This document shows, in pieces, positions 51,911-61,015 of a stretch of 64,000 nt of DNA (within the stretch, counting starts at the first letter, position 1; every line of letters begins with the position of its first letter). The translations under genes were made by a program, and so were the position numbers. The notes under the pieces were generated by a model. That model did not search any database. It was not told where the DNA came from and saw only the letters and a program-made list of their open reading frames with translations. Location of the stretch: NCBI GenBank assembly GCA_965217185.1, contig OZ244252.1, forward strand, positions 3,360,001-3,424,000. The letters run 5' to 3'. This stretch comes from an uncultured Candidatus Entotheonella sp. GTDB taxonomy: Bacteria > Tectomicrobia > Entotheonellia > Entotheonellales > Entotheonellaceae.

Positions 51911-52975
51911 ATGTCAGAGGTCCCCAGGCCGCCCGCGGCGCTGTTCGATTCGCCCTTCATGCGGGCCTGCCGGCGAGAGCCGACCCCGTACACGCCGGTA
52001 TGGCTGATGCGCCAGGCCGGGCGGTACATGGAATCGTACCGGCAGGTACGCGCGCGGGTGTCGTTCCTCGACCTGTGCAAAACGCCGGACTTGGCCGCCG
52101 AGGTGACGGTGGACGCGGTCGAGCGCCTGGGGGTCGACGCGGCCATCATCTTTGCCGACATCCTGCTAATTCTCGAGCCAATGGGCATGCAACTCGAATT
52201 CAGCGCCAGCGATGGGCCGGTGCTGCACAACCCCCTGCAAACTGCGGCCGACGTCGAGCGGCTGCGGGAGGTGGATGCCGCCGAATCGCTGTCCTTCGTC
52301 ATGCAGGCGGTCCGCGCCGCACGCGCCGCGCTGCCGCCGGACCTGCCGCTGATCGGTTTCGCCGGGGCGCCCTTCACGCTGGCTTCCTACATGATCGAGG
52401 GCGGCTCGTCGCGCCAATACACGCGCACCAAGCAATTCATGTACACGCAGCCGCAGGCGTGGCACGCCCTCATGGCGCTGCTGGCCCGCAGCGTGGCGCG
52501 TTACCTCAACGCCCAGGCGGCAGCCGGCGCTCAGGCCGTGCAGTTATTCGATAGCTGGGTCGGCAACCTGTCGCCGGCGGATTACCGTACTTTCGTGTTA
52601 CCGCACTCGCGTGAGGTGATCGCCAGCGTCACCCCCGGCGTGCCGGTGCTTCACTTCGGCACCGGCACGAACGCGTTGCTGGAACTAATGCGCGAGGCCG
52701 GCGGCGACGTCATCGGGGTCGATTTCCGGGTCGAGCTGGATGACGCCTGGCGGCGGCTGGGAGACGTCGGCATTCAGGGTAACCTCGACCCTGCCGTGCT
52801 GGTGGCGGAGCGTCCCTACATCCGCCAGCGGGTGCGGGAGATTCTGCGGCAGGCGGGAGGACGCGCCGGCCACGTCTTCAATCTGGGGCACGGCATCCTG
52901 CCGACAACGCCGGTAGACAACGTTCGCGCCCTGGTCGACGACGTCCACGAGTTGAGCACCCGGGAGCCATCATGA
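51911..52975 (+). CDS. hemE: Uroporphyrinogen decarboxylase
   Basis: PVWLMRQAGRY, DAAIIFADIL, GFAGAPFTLASY, QLFDSW, QGNLDP, FNLGHG. Confidence 0.97.
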   Translation: MSEVPRPPAALFDSPFMRACRREPTPYTPVWLMRQAGRYMESYRQVRARVSFLDLCKTPDLAAEVTVDAVERLGVDAAIIFADILLILEPMGMQLEFSASDGPVLHNPLQTAADVERLREVDAAESLSFVMQAVRAARAALPPDLPLIGFAGAPFTLASYMIEGGSSRQYTRTKQFMYTQPQAWHALMALLARSVARYLNAQAAAGAQAVQLFDSWVGNLSPADYRTFVLPHSREVIASVTPGVPVLHFGTGTNALLELMREAGGDVIGVDFRVELDDAWRRLGDVGIQGNLDPAVLVAERPYIRQRVREILRQAGGRAGHVFNLGHGILPTTPVDNVRALVDDVHELSTREPS

Positions 52976-53958
52976 CCGATCCAGCCATCGACGGCGTGCT
53001 GCTGATCGGATTCGGCGGCCCGACACCCGGCTGCTGCCGGCGCTACGAGCCGTGCCCCGGACGCGAGGTGGCCTGTTTCGTGCGCGCGGTTGTCGGCGAG
53101 CGACCCGGCGCGCAGGCGAGAATCGACGAGGTGGCGGCGCACTACGACGTGTTCGGGGGCTATTCGCCGTTCAACGCCTTGACGTTGCAACAGGCCGAAA
53201 GCGTGTCTGCCGCTCTGGTAGCCGAGGGGCATACGGTGCCGGTCCGCGTCGGCATGCGCTTCTGGCCGCCATACGTCGACACCGTGCTGGCCGACATGGC
53301 CGAACTGAGCTGCCGGCACTTGCTCGGGGTCATTCTTTCGCCCTTCCAGTGCGCCGCCAGTTGGGAGCACTACCAGCAATCGGTGGCGGATGGGGTCGCG
53401 GCCCTCGGCGAGCACGGCCCGCAGATAACATATCTTGCGCCCTGGCATACCCAGACGGGCTTTGTCGAAGCCATTGCCGACGGCATTGAACAGGCCGCCG
53501 CGTCGCTCGGCGAAGCGCGTGGCGGCGAGGCGGCGCTCATCTACACGGCGCACGCCATCCCCGAACCGATGGCGGACCGAGCGCCGTACACGCACCAGTT
53601 CCATGAGACGGCGGAGGCGGTGACGAAACGCCTGGGCCGCCGGGATCACCGGATCGCCTACCAGAGCCAGGTGACCGGCACGCCGGCCCCGTGGCTGCAG
53701 CCGGACGTCAATGACGTCATCAAGCAGGTACGCGAAGACGGCTTCCGCGACGCGATCGTCGCACCCATCGGCTTTCTGTGCGACCACATGGAGGTGCTGT
53801 ACGACCTCGACGTGCAGGCGAAGGAGACCGCCGAGGCGTGCGGGCTGGGTTACGTGCGCTCCGGCACCGTCAGCAACCACCCGGCGTTCGTGGCCATGCT
53901 CAGCGATGTGATCGGCGCGCGTCTGGCCCTAAATTCCCCTCCCTCTAGGAGGGGGTAG
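52972..53958 (+). CDS. hemH: Ferrochelatase (probably coproporphyrin ferrochelatase CpfC)
   Basis: GG.SP, GMRFWPPY, YTAHAIP, AYQS, PWLQPD, PIGFLCDHMEVLYDLD; located between hemE and hemY. Confidence 0.93.
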   Translation: MTDPAIDGVLLIGFGGPTPGCCRRYEPCPGREVACFVRAVVGERPGAQARIDEVAAHYDVFGGYSPFNALTLQQAESVSAALVAEGHTVPVRVGMRFWPPYVDTVLADMAELSCRHLLGVILSPFQCAASWEHYQQSVADGVAALGEHGPQITYLAPWHTQTGFVEAIADGIEQAAASLGEARGGEAALIYTAHAIPEPMADRAPYTHQFHETAEAVTKRLGRRDHRIAYQSQVTGTPAPWLQPDVNDVIKQVREDGFRDAIVAPIGFLCDHMEVLYDLDVQAKETAEACGLGYVRSGTVSNHPAFVAMLSDVIGARLALNSPPSRRG

Positions 53959-53965
53959 GGGGAGG
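53934..53965. repeat. REP-like palindromic element overlapping the hemH stop
   Basis: TTCCCCTCC-CTCTA-GGAGGGG-GTAGGGGGAGG. Confidence 0.45.
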
Positions 53966-53972
53966 CAACGGC

Positions 53973-55448
53973 GTGGAACAGGCGGCGAATCGCAAACGGG
54001 CGGTGGTCATCGGCGGCGGCATCACGGGCCTGACCGCCTGTTACCGTCTCATGCAACAGACACAGGCCGGCGGTCTGCCGCTTGACGTCGTATTGCTGGA
54101 GGCCGGCGACCGGCTCGGCGGCGTTATCGCCACCCGTCACCAGGACGGCCTGGTGCTGGAAGAGGGGCCGGACTGCTTTCTCGCCACCAAGCCCTGGGGT
54201 GTCGAGTTGTGCGACGAACTCGGGCTGAGCGCCGAGCTCATCGGCACCACCACCGAACATCGCCAGAGCTTCATCGTGCGCCGCGGCAAGCTCGTGCCGG
54301 TACCGCAGGGGTTTTACCTGATGGCGCCGGGCTTCCTGTGGCCGTTTGTGACCACCCGTGCCTTCAGTTGGTCCGGCAAGCTGCGCATGGCCCTGGACCT
54401 CGTGCTGCCTCGCCGAATCCCGGAGGACGACGAATCCCTCGCCGATTTCGTCACCCGCCGCCTGGGCCGGGAAGCCCTGGAGCGCATGGCGCAGCCCATG
54501 GTCGGCGGCATTTACACCGCTGATCCGCGCCACCTCAGCATGCAGGCCACGATGCCGCAATTCCTGGAAATGGAGCGGCGCCACCGCAGTCTGATCCTCG
54601 CACTGCGCCACCGGCAGCGCCAAGCCGGCGCGCAACAACCAGGCGTCAGCGGCGCCCGCTACGGCCTGTTCGCGTCCTTCCGGCACGGCATGCAAACGCT
54701 GGTGGACGCCCTCGCCGACCGCCTGCCGGCCGGTACCGTACGCCTGCAAACCCCTGCCCGTAACGTCCGACGCAACCCCGACAGCCAGCGCTGGACCGTC
54801 TCCCCGCACGATGGCCCCGACCTCGAAGCCGATGCCCTCTGCCTGGCGCTCACCGCGCCGCATGCCGCTCGCCTGCTGTCGGGTCTTGACCCCGAATTGG
54901 CCGCCGGGCTGCACGACATCCCCTACGCATCGTCAGCCGTCGTCACCCTGGCGTGCAACCGCGCCGACGTCGCCCACCCCCTGAACGGCATGGGATTCGT
55001 CGTGCCGGCGGTCGAGCAGCGCAACCTGATCGCCTGCTCCTTCAGCAGCGTCAAGTTCGCCGGCCGGGCGCCGGACGGCAAGGTGCTCCTGCGCGCCTTT
55101 GTCGGCGGCGCCTTGCAGCAGGAACAAGCCCTTTGGCCCGACGCAAAGCTCCAAGACGCTGTGCTCCAGGACCTGCGGCAATTGCTAGGCCTCACCGGCA
55201 AGCCCACGCTGTGCCACGTGAGCCGCCATCCCAGCGCCATGCCGCAATACCACGTCGGACATCTTGCACGCATCGAGCGCCTCGAAGCAGCAGCCCGCCG
55301 CTGGCCCGGCTTGGCGCTGGCTGGCAACGCCTACCACGGCGTCGGCGTGCCCGACTGCATCCACAGCGGCGACGACGCGGCGCGCGACCTGACGAGTCAT
55401 TTGTTTCCACACGCCGCCGGCAGCAACCCGTCGATTGCAGCCAGCTGA
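53973..55448 (+). CDS. hemY: Copro/protoporphyrinogen oxidase (HemY/CgoX)
   Basis: IGGGITGL FAD motif, RLGG, EEGPD, GGIY, SSVKF..RAP, MPQYHVGH, GVGVPDCI. Confidence 0.95.
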   Translation: MEQAANRKRAVVIGGGITGLTACYRLMQQTQAGGLPLDVVLLEAGDRLGGVIATRHQDGLVLEEGPDCFLATKPWGVELCDELGLSAELIGTTTEHRQSFIVRRGKLVPVPQGFYLMAPGFLWPFVTTRAFSWSGKLRMALDLVLPRRIPEDDESLADFVTRRLGREALERMAQPMVGGIYTADPRHLSMQATMPQFLEMERRHRSLILALRHRQRQAGAQQPGVSGARYGLFASFRHGMQTLVDALADRLPAGTVRLQTPARNVRRNPDSQRWTVSPHDGPDLEADALCLALTAPHAARLLSGLDPELAAGLHDIPYASSAVVTLACNRADVAHPLNGMGFVVPAVEQRNLIACSFSSVKFAGRAPDGKVLLRAFVGGALQQEQALWPDAKLQDAVLQDLRQLLGLTGKPTLCHVSRHPSAMPQYHVGHLARIERLEAAARRWPGLALAGNAYHGVGVPDCIHSGDDAARDLTSHLFPHAAGSNPSIAAS

Positions 55449-55550
55449 AGCAGTTACGACTTTTGACAGCCGATTCCACCTATGCTTTATTGGCCTCGTC
55501 CTGTAACATGCGGTCACGCAAACCTACGCAGAAAGACAGAGGTTACAGAA

Positions 55551-55796
55551 ATGGCTACCCCAGCCTTTGACACCTTGAGCGCGGCACGACAACTTGAAGC
55601 TGCCGGCATTGAGACCAAACACGCTGAAGCTATTGTTACGGCCATCCGCCAAAGCGGTGAATCTGCTGTCACGAAGACCGACCTCGATGCGTTGCGGTCT
55701 GACTTCAAGGCCGATCTGAGCAGTGCCGTCAACCGGATGCTGCTGGCCCAAACTGCCATAGCAGGCTTGCTCTTTACCGCGATCAAGTTCCTATAA
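55551..55796 (+). CDS. Small CCDC90/DUF1640-like coiled-coil membrane-anchored protein
   Basis: FDTL..ARQLEAAG...AEAI, VTKTDL, hydrophobic C-terminus; GAGG RBS. Confidence 0.8.
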   Translation: MATPAFDTLSAARQLEAAGIETKHAEAIVTAIRQSGESAVTKTDLDALRSDFKADLSSAVNRMLLAQTAIAGLLFTAIKFL

Positions 55797-56009
55797 GGGA
55801 AGTCCTTCGGACGAACCCACTCGACTGCCCACGTCGTTCATGCGTCCCGTGTGAACAGGCGAACGGCACGTTCCCTTGCGATCCCCACCTGCAATCCTTG
55901 CATGCCTTGACTCTCATACCCCACCGCCCTACGCTGGCTTCGCCAGCAATGCTTGGCAGCAATCCCAAAATCCTGGCATGACCAACCGACGGTGACGTGG
56001 GAGATCGCG

Positions 56010-57431
56010 ATGGACGCAACGGAGCTTTGTTTTACGCCGGCCACCGAACTGGCGGCGGCGATTCGGGAGCGGCGGCTTTCGCCGGTGGAAATCATGGACG
56101 CGGTGCTGGCGCGCATCGAGGCGGTGAATCCGCACATCAACGCCTTCTTGGCGGTAGACGGTGAGCGGGCACGCGACGCGGCGCGGGCGGCGGAAGCCGG
56201 TGTCATGAGGGGCGAGACGGCGGGCGCCTTGTACGGCTTGCCCGTGTCCATCAAGGACCTGGAGCTGGTGGCCGGCCTGCGCTGTACGTTCGGCTCCAAG
56301 TTCTTCGCTGACAACATCGCGGACAGCGACGGCCTGGTAACCGAGCGCGCCAAGGGCGCCGGCGGCATCGTGATCGGCAAGACAAACACGTCGCACTACG
56401 GACACAAGGACATGTGCGACAACCTGCTGGGTCCGCCGTGCCGCAACCCGTGGAAGCTGGACCGCACCTCGGGCGCCTCAAGCGGCGGCGCCGCGGCGGC
56501 GGTGGCCGCGGGGCTGGGACCCCTGGCGCACGGCTCGGACGGCGCCGGTTCCATCCGCATTCCCGCCGCGCTGTGCGGCGTCTTCGGCCACAAGCCGTCC
56601 TTCGGGCGGGTCCCCTACTGGCCCAATCCCGATATCTGGGCGGCGCGCTCGCACAACGGTCCGATCACCCGCACCGTCGCCGACGCGGCGCTCTTTCTCG
56701 GCGCCCTGGCCGGACCCGACCCGCGCGACCCCACCACCATCGACAGCCCGCCCGAGGACTACGCCGCCGCGGTGGCGCAGCCGCTCGAAGCTCTGCGCGG
56801 ACTGCGCGTCGCCTGGAGCGTCGATCTGGGCTACGCCGCGGTAGACCCGGAGGTGCGGCGCCTGACCACGGCGGCGGCGGAGCGGTTCAGCGACTTCGGC
56901 TGCGAGGTCGAGGCCGTCAGTCCCGGCTGGGACGACCAGCGCGAGGCCGCGGCCATGGCCTGGAACGTTTCCTACGCCTCACGCAACGCCGAGCGCTATG
57001 CCCAGCGGTCCGAGTGGTTCGAGCCCAGTCTGGTGGAGATGATCGAGGCCGGCCAGCGGGTTTCCGCTGTAGAACTCGGCTTGGCGCAGTTGGCACGCAC
57101 CGAATACTACCACCAGGTGCGGCGCCTGTTCGATGCCTACGACCTGCTGCTCACCCCGCAGATGCCGCTGGGGGCGTGGTCGGTCGAGCGCGGCCCCAGC
57201 CACATCGACGGCACCCCGACGCCGTCGATGTTCGACCGGCTGCCGTTCACCTTTCCGTTCAACCTGACGGGACAGCCCGCCGCCAGCGTGCCGTGCGGAT
57301 TCACCTCCGAGGGCCTGCCGGCGGCCCTGCAGATCGTCGGCCGCTGGCACGCCGACACGCTGGTGCTACAGGCCGCCGCGGCGTGCGAGCAGGCGGCGCC
57401 GTGGGCGCATCTGAGGCCACCCGAATTCTAG
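56010..57431 (+). CDS. Amidase-signature family enzyme
   Basis: GLPVSIKD, GKTNT, GASSGG, GSDGAGSIRIPA, FNLTGQPA. Confidence 0.95.
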   Translation: MDATELCFTPATELAAAIRERRLSPVEIMDAVLARIEAVNPHINAFLAVDGERARDAARAAEAGVMRGETAGALYGLPVSIKDLELVAGLRCTFGSKFFADNIADSDGLVTERAKGAGGIVIGKTNTSHYGHKDMCDNLLGPPCRNPWKLDRTSGASSGGAAAAVAAGLGPLAHGSDGAGSIRIPAALCGVFGHKPSFGRVPYWPNPDIWAARSHNGPITRTVADAALFLGALAGPDPRDPTTIDSPPEDYAAAVAQPLEALRGLRVAWSVDLGYAAVDPEVRRLTTAAAERFSDFGCEVEAVSPGWDDQREAAAMAWNVSYASRNAERYAQRSEWFEPSLVEMIEAGQRVSAVELGLAQLARTEYYHQVRRLFDAYDLLLTPQMPLGAWSVERGPSHIDGTPTPSMFDRLPFTFPFNLTGQPAASVPCGFTSEGLPAALQIVGRWHADTLVLQAAAACEQAAPWAHLRPPEF

Positions 57432-57607
57432 CGCCGGGCGTGCGTCGCAGCCCCGCCGAAGCGGCGCATTCAGGGCTTGCAACCGCCAAGCGGTTCATGC
57501 TATTGATAGCGAATTCACCTGCAAATGGATTCGGTTAACGCAACCGTGAGGTTTGGTGCGCGGCCCTACGTCTGGCCCGCCACCCAAAGGCATGGGAGAG
57601 GTACACA

Positions 57608-58720
57608 ATGGAAGTGCAAGAAGGTCTTGAAGGGGTCGTCGCGTTTGCCTCGGAACTGAGCTCGATCGTTGGGGCGACGCTGACCTATCGCGGCTACGTG
57701 ATCGAAGATCTGGCGGAGCACTCGACCTTTGAAGAGGTGGTGTACCTATTGTGGCACGGGCAGTTGCCGAGCCAAGCCGAACTCGACCAACTGATCCATG
57801 ACATCCGCAGCCAGTGCGCACTCCCAGAACCCGTGCTCGACATCATGCACCGCCTGCCGACCGACGTCCACCCCATGGAGTACGTGCGCACCGTCACCTC
57901 CGTCCTGGCTCTTTACGATCCCGATCGGCACGACAATTCACACGACGCCAACATCCGAAAGGCTATCCGCATGGTGGCGCGCATGCCCGCCCTGGTGGCG
58001 GGGTTTGACCGCATCCGCAACGGCAAGGAACCTCTGGCGCCGAAGCCGGACGTCAACATCGCCACCAATTTCCTCTACATGCTGCAGGGACAGGACCCCG
58101 ATCCGGAGTTCGCGCAGTTCTTCGACACCGCTCTGATCCTCCACGCCGACCACGAAATCAACGCCTCCACGTTCGCCGCCCGGGTCACCGTGGCGACCGT
58201 CTCGGACATCTATTCCGGCGTGGTGTCGGCCATCGGCACCCTCAAGGGTCCGCTGCACGGTGGCGCCAATGAGCAGGTGATGGTCACCCTCAAGGCCATC
58301 GGCAGCATGGACAACGTCGAGCCCTACCTGTTGAAGGCGCTGGCCAACAAGGACCGCATCATGGGATTCGGCCACCGCGTCTACAAGGAAGGCGACCCGC
58401 GCGCCAAAATCCTCGGGCCGATGTCGAAGCGCATGGGCGAGAAGACCGGACAGCCGCAGTGGTACGAAATGTCCGTGCGGGTCCACGAGCTCATGGAGCG
58501 CGAGAAGGGCCTGATCCCGAACGTCGATTTCTACTCCGCCTCGACCTACCACAACATGGGCATTCCCACCGATATCTTCACGCCGGTCTTCGTGATGAGC
58601 CGCGTCGCCGGCTGGACCGCGCACGTCATCGAACAACTCGACCGCAACCGCCTGATCCGCCCGCGCGCCAAGTACGTCGGGCCCGTCGACCTGAAGTGGG
58701 TGCCGACCGCCCAGCGATAG
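57608..58720 (+). CDS. Citrate (or 2-methylcitrate) synthase, dimeric type
   Basis: GLEGV, YRGY, HADHEINASTF, GPLHGGANE, MGFGHRVYK, PNVDFY, RLIRP. Confidence 0.95.
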   Translation: MEVQEGLEGVVAFASELSSIVGATLTYRGYVIEDLAEHSTFEEVVYLLWHGQLPSQAELDQLIHDIRSQCALPEPVLDIMHRLPTDVHPMEYVRTVTSVLALYDPDRHDNSHDANIRKAIRMVARMPALVAGFDRIRNGKEPLAPKPDVNIATNFLYMLQGQDPDPEFAQFFDTALILHADHEINASTFAARVTVATVSDIYSGVVSAIGTLKGPLHGGANEQVMVTLKAIGSMDNVEPYLLKALANKDRIMGFGHRVYKEGDPRAKILGPMSKRMGEKTGQPQWYEMSVRVHELMEREKGLIPNVDFYSASTYHNMGIPTDIFTPVFVMSRVAGWTAHVIEQLDRNRLIRPRAKYVGPVDLKWVPTAQR

Positions 58721-58778
58721 GGCGAGATCATCGCGAGCCTGCTTGGCGCCATGTATGTTCTCGGTATGTGACGGGATG

Positions 58779-58800
58779 CGGTTGCCAGCGATGGCGACCG
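58779..58800. promoter_or_regulatory. Imperfect palindrome upstream of the antitoxin (possible operator)
   Basis: CGGTTGCCA-gcga-TGGCGACCG (8 of 9 positions pair). Confidence 0.35.
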
Positions 58801-58823
58801 AAAGACAAAAAGAAGGCGCGGCC

Positions 58824-59048
58824 ATGGCGAGCATCACGATCCGCAACCTCGATGACGAGGTGAAGCACCGCTTGCGCGTGCGCGCGGCATGGAACGGCCG
58901 TTCCATGGAAGAGGAGGCGCGGCTGATCCTGCGCGAGGCCGTCGGGCGGGAATCTGAACCTGAGAACCTAGCCCGTTTCATTCACGACTGCTTCGCGCCA
59001 TACGGCGGCGTGGACCTCGAATTACCCCCCGCAAGCCGGCACGGCTGA
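58824..59048 (+). CDS. FitA-like ribbon-helix-helix antitoxin (C-terminus frameshifted)
   Basis: MASITIRNLDDEVKHRLRVRAAWNGRSMEEEARLILREAV...GGVDLELPP. Confidence 0.85.
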   Translation: MASITIRNLDDEVKHRLRVRAAWNGRSMEEEARLILREAVGRESEPENLARFIHDCFAPYGGVDLELPPASRHG

Positions 59049-59188
59049 TCCTGCGCGACGCCATTTGGTGCAAGCCGGGTCCACAGAATCTCGCGAGCAT
59101 CATCCGCGCCCACTTCGGACCATCCAAGGGCGTAGACCTGGAGTTGCCGCCGCGCGAGCCGACACGCGAGCCGCCCCGTTTCGACTGA
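59039..59188 (+). pseudogene. Second, 5'-truncated FitA-like antitoxin fragment
   Basis: Manual translation ARLILRDAIWCKPGPQNLASIIRAHFGPSKGVDLELPPREPTREPPRFD*; CGGCTGATCCTGCGCGA repeated at 58920 and 59042. Confidence 0.8.
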
Positions 59189-59198
59189 GCCGGCAGCG

Positions 59199-59216
59199 AT
59201 GATCGTGCTCGACACA
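59199..59216 (+). pseudogene. Stump of a PIN-domain toxin (FitB/VapC)
   Basis: ATG ATC GTG CTC GAC ACA = MIVLDT, the typical PIN start, 10 nt after the antitoxin stop; similarity ends there. Confidence 0.7.
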
Positions 59217-59244
59217 AAAGGGCGTCCGTTTTATTGGAGGCAAC

Positions 59245-59257
59245 TAACCACTTGATT
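59245..59257 (-). promoter_or_regulatory. IHF consensus site at the island boundary
   Basis: Reverse complement AATCAAGTGGTTA matches WATCAANNNNTTR. Confidence 0.5.
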
Positions 59258-59461
59258 TTGCGGCGTTCTCTCCATAATTCTTTCAACCGCCACCATTACC
59301 GTACACACATCGCAAGCGGTTTGAGTACAAGAACCGCATCCCCCAGCGCGCGCGTCCGCACGTCCTGTTTCCTTGGAGTTTAGCGAGTCGCAACACATCG
59401 TCATAGCGCCCAATAACCATCGGCCATCGCGCTACGAAACCAAACCTGGAAGCTCCTTCAA

Positions 59462-61015
59462 ATGATCACAGGCGACATCAAAACCCAAATTGACCGCATC
59501 TGGGACTCATTCTGGTCCGGCGGCATCTCGAACCCGCTGGAGGTGATGGAGCAGATCACCTACCTGCTGTTCCTCCGTCGGCTCGACGACATGCACACGT
59601 TGGAGGAGAACAAGGCCAATCGGCTCAAGAAGCCAATGGAGCGGCGGGTCTTCCCGGAAGGCAAGGACGCCAAGGGTCGGTCCTACGAGGACTTCCGCTG
59701 GTCGCGCTTCAAGCACCTCGCCCCGGCCGAGATGTTCACGGTGGTGGGGGAGCACGTCCTCCCCTATTTGCGCGCCGACCTAGCCCAGCAACTCGGCGGT
59801 GCCGACCCCACCTACGCGCACCACATGAAGGATGCGCGCTTCACCATCCCGACTCCAGCGCTACTGGCCAAAGTGGTAGACCTGCTCGACAAGGTGCCTA
59901 TGGAGGACCGCGACACCAAAGGAGACGTCTACGAGTACATGCTCGGCAAGATCGCCACCGCCGGACAGAACGGGCAGTTCCGCACACCGCGTCACATCAT
60001 CCGGCTGATGGTGGAGCTCACCGCGCCCCAGCCCGCCGACGTCATCTGCGACCCGGCCTGCGGTACGGCGGGCTTTCTGGTCGCGGCGGGCGAGTACCTG
60101 CGCGAGCGCCACTCGATGCTGCTGCACGACGCGAAGCTGCGCGAGCACTTCCACCACGGCCTGTTCCACGGCTTCGACTTCGACAGCACCATGCTGCGCA
60201 TCGGCAGCATGAACATGCTGCTGCACGGCGTAGAGAACCCGGACATCCGCTACCGCGACTCGCTGGCGCAGGAGCACGGGGGCGAGGAAGAGAAGTACAC
60301 GCTGGTGCTGGCCAATCCGCCCTTCGCCGGCAGCCTCGACTACGAGAACACCGCCAAGGACCTGCTTCAAATCGTCAAAACCAAGAAGACGGAGCTGCTC
60401 TTCCTCGCACTCTTCCTGCGCCTCCTGAAGCCAGGCGGCCGCGCCGCGGTGATCGTGCCTGATGGCGTGCTGTTCGGTTCCAGCAAGGCGCACAAGGAGT
60501 TGCGCCACATCCTGGTGGAGGACCAGAAGCTCGACGCCGTGGTATCGCTGCCCAGCGGTGCGTTCAAGCCCTACGCGGGGGTCTCCACCGCGATCCTGCT
60601 CTTCACCAAGACCAACTCCGGCGGCACCGACTACGTCTGGTTCTACGACGTCACAGCCGACGGCTGGAGTCTCGACGACAAACGCACGCCGCTGATGTCC
60701 GAGGACAAGCTCGGGGCCGTACCGCGCACAGCGCTCGGCGCCGCCGAGCACGCGAAGAACAACCTGCCCGACGTGCTTGCGCGCTGGCCAGCGCGCGCGG
60801 GCAGCGAGCGTGAGAGCCCGCGCACCGCGCAGAGCTTCTGCGTGCCCAAGGCCGACATCGCCTCCCAGGGCTACGACCTCTCGCTCAATCGATACAAGGA
60901 GGTAGTGCACGAGGAGGTCGAGCACCGCCCGCCGAAGGAGATCTTCGCCGAACTGGCGAAGCTGGAGGAGGAGATCCAGCGGGGGATGAAGGGGCTGGAG
61001 GGGATGCTCAAGTGA
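59462..61015 (+). CDS. hsdM: Type I restriction-modification methyltransferase subunit M
   Basis: GQFRTPRHII, DPACGTAGFL, NPPF, VIVPDGVLF, YDLSLNRY. Confidence 0.96.
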   Translation: MITGDIKTQIDRIWDSFWSGGISNPLEVMEQITYLLFLRRLDDMHTLEENKANRLKKPMERRVFPEGKDAKGRSYEDFRWSRFKHLAPAEMFTVVGEHVLPYLRADLAQQLGGADPTYAHHMKDARFTIPTPALLAKVVDLLDKVPMEDRDTKGDVYEYMLGKIATAGQNGQFRTPRHIIRLMVELTAPQPADVICDPACGTAGFLVAAGEYLRERHSMLLHDAKLREHFHHGLFHGFDFDSTMLRIGSMNMLLHGVENPDIRYRDSLAQEHGGEEEKYTLVLANPPFAGSLDYENTAKDLLQIVKTKKTELLFLALFLRLLKPGGRAAVIVPDGVLFGSSKAHKELRHILVEDQKLDAVVSLPSGAFKPYAGVSTAILLFTKTNSGGTDYVWFYDVTADGWSLDDKRTPLMSEDKLGAVPRTALGAAEHAKNNLPDVLARWPARAGSERESPRTAQSFCVPKADIASQGYDLSLNRYKEVVHEEVEHRPPKEIFAELAKLEEEIQRGMKGLEGMLK

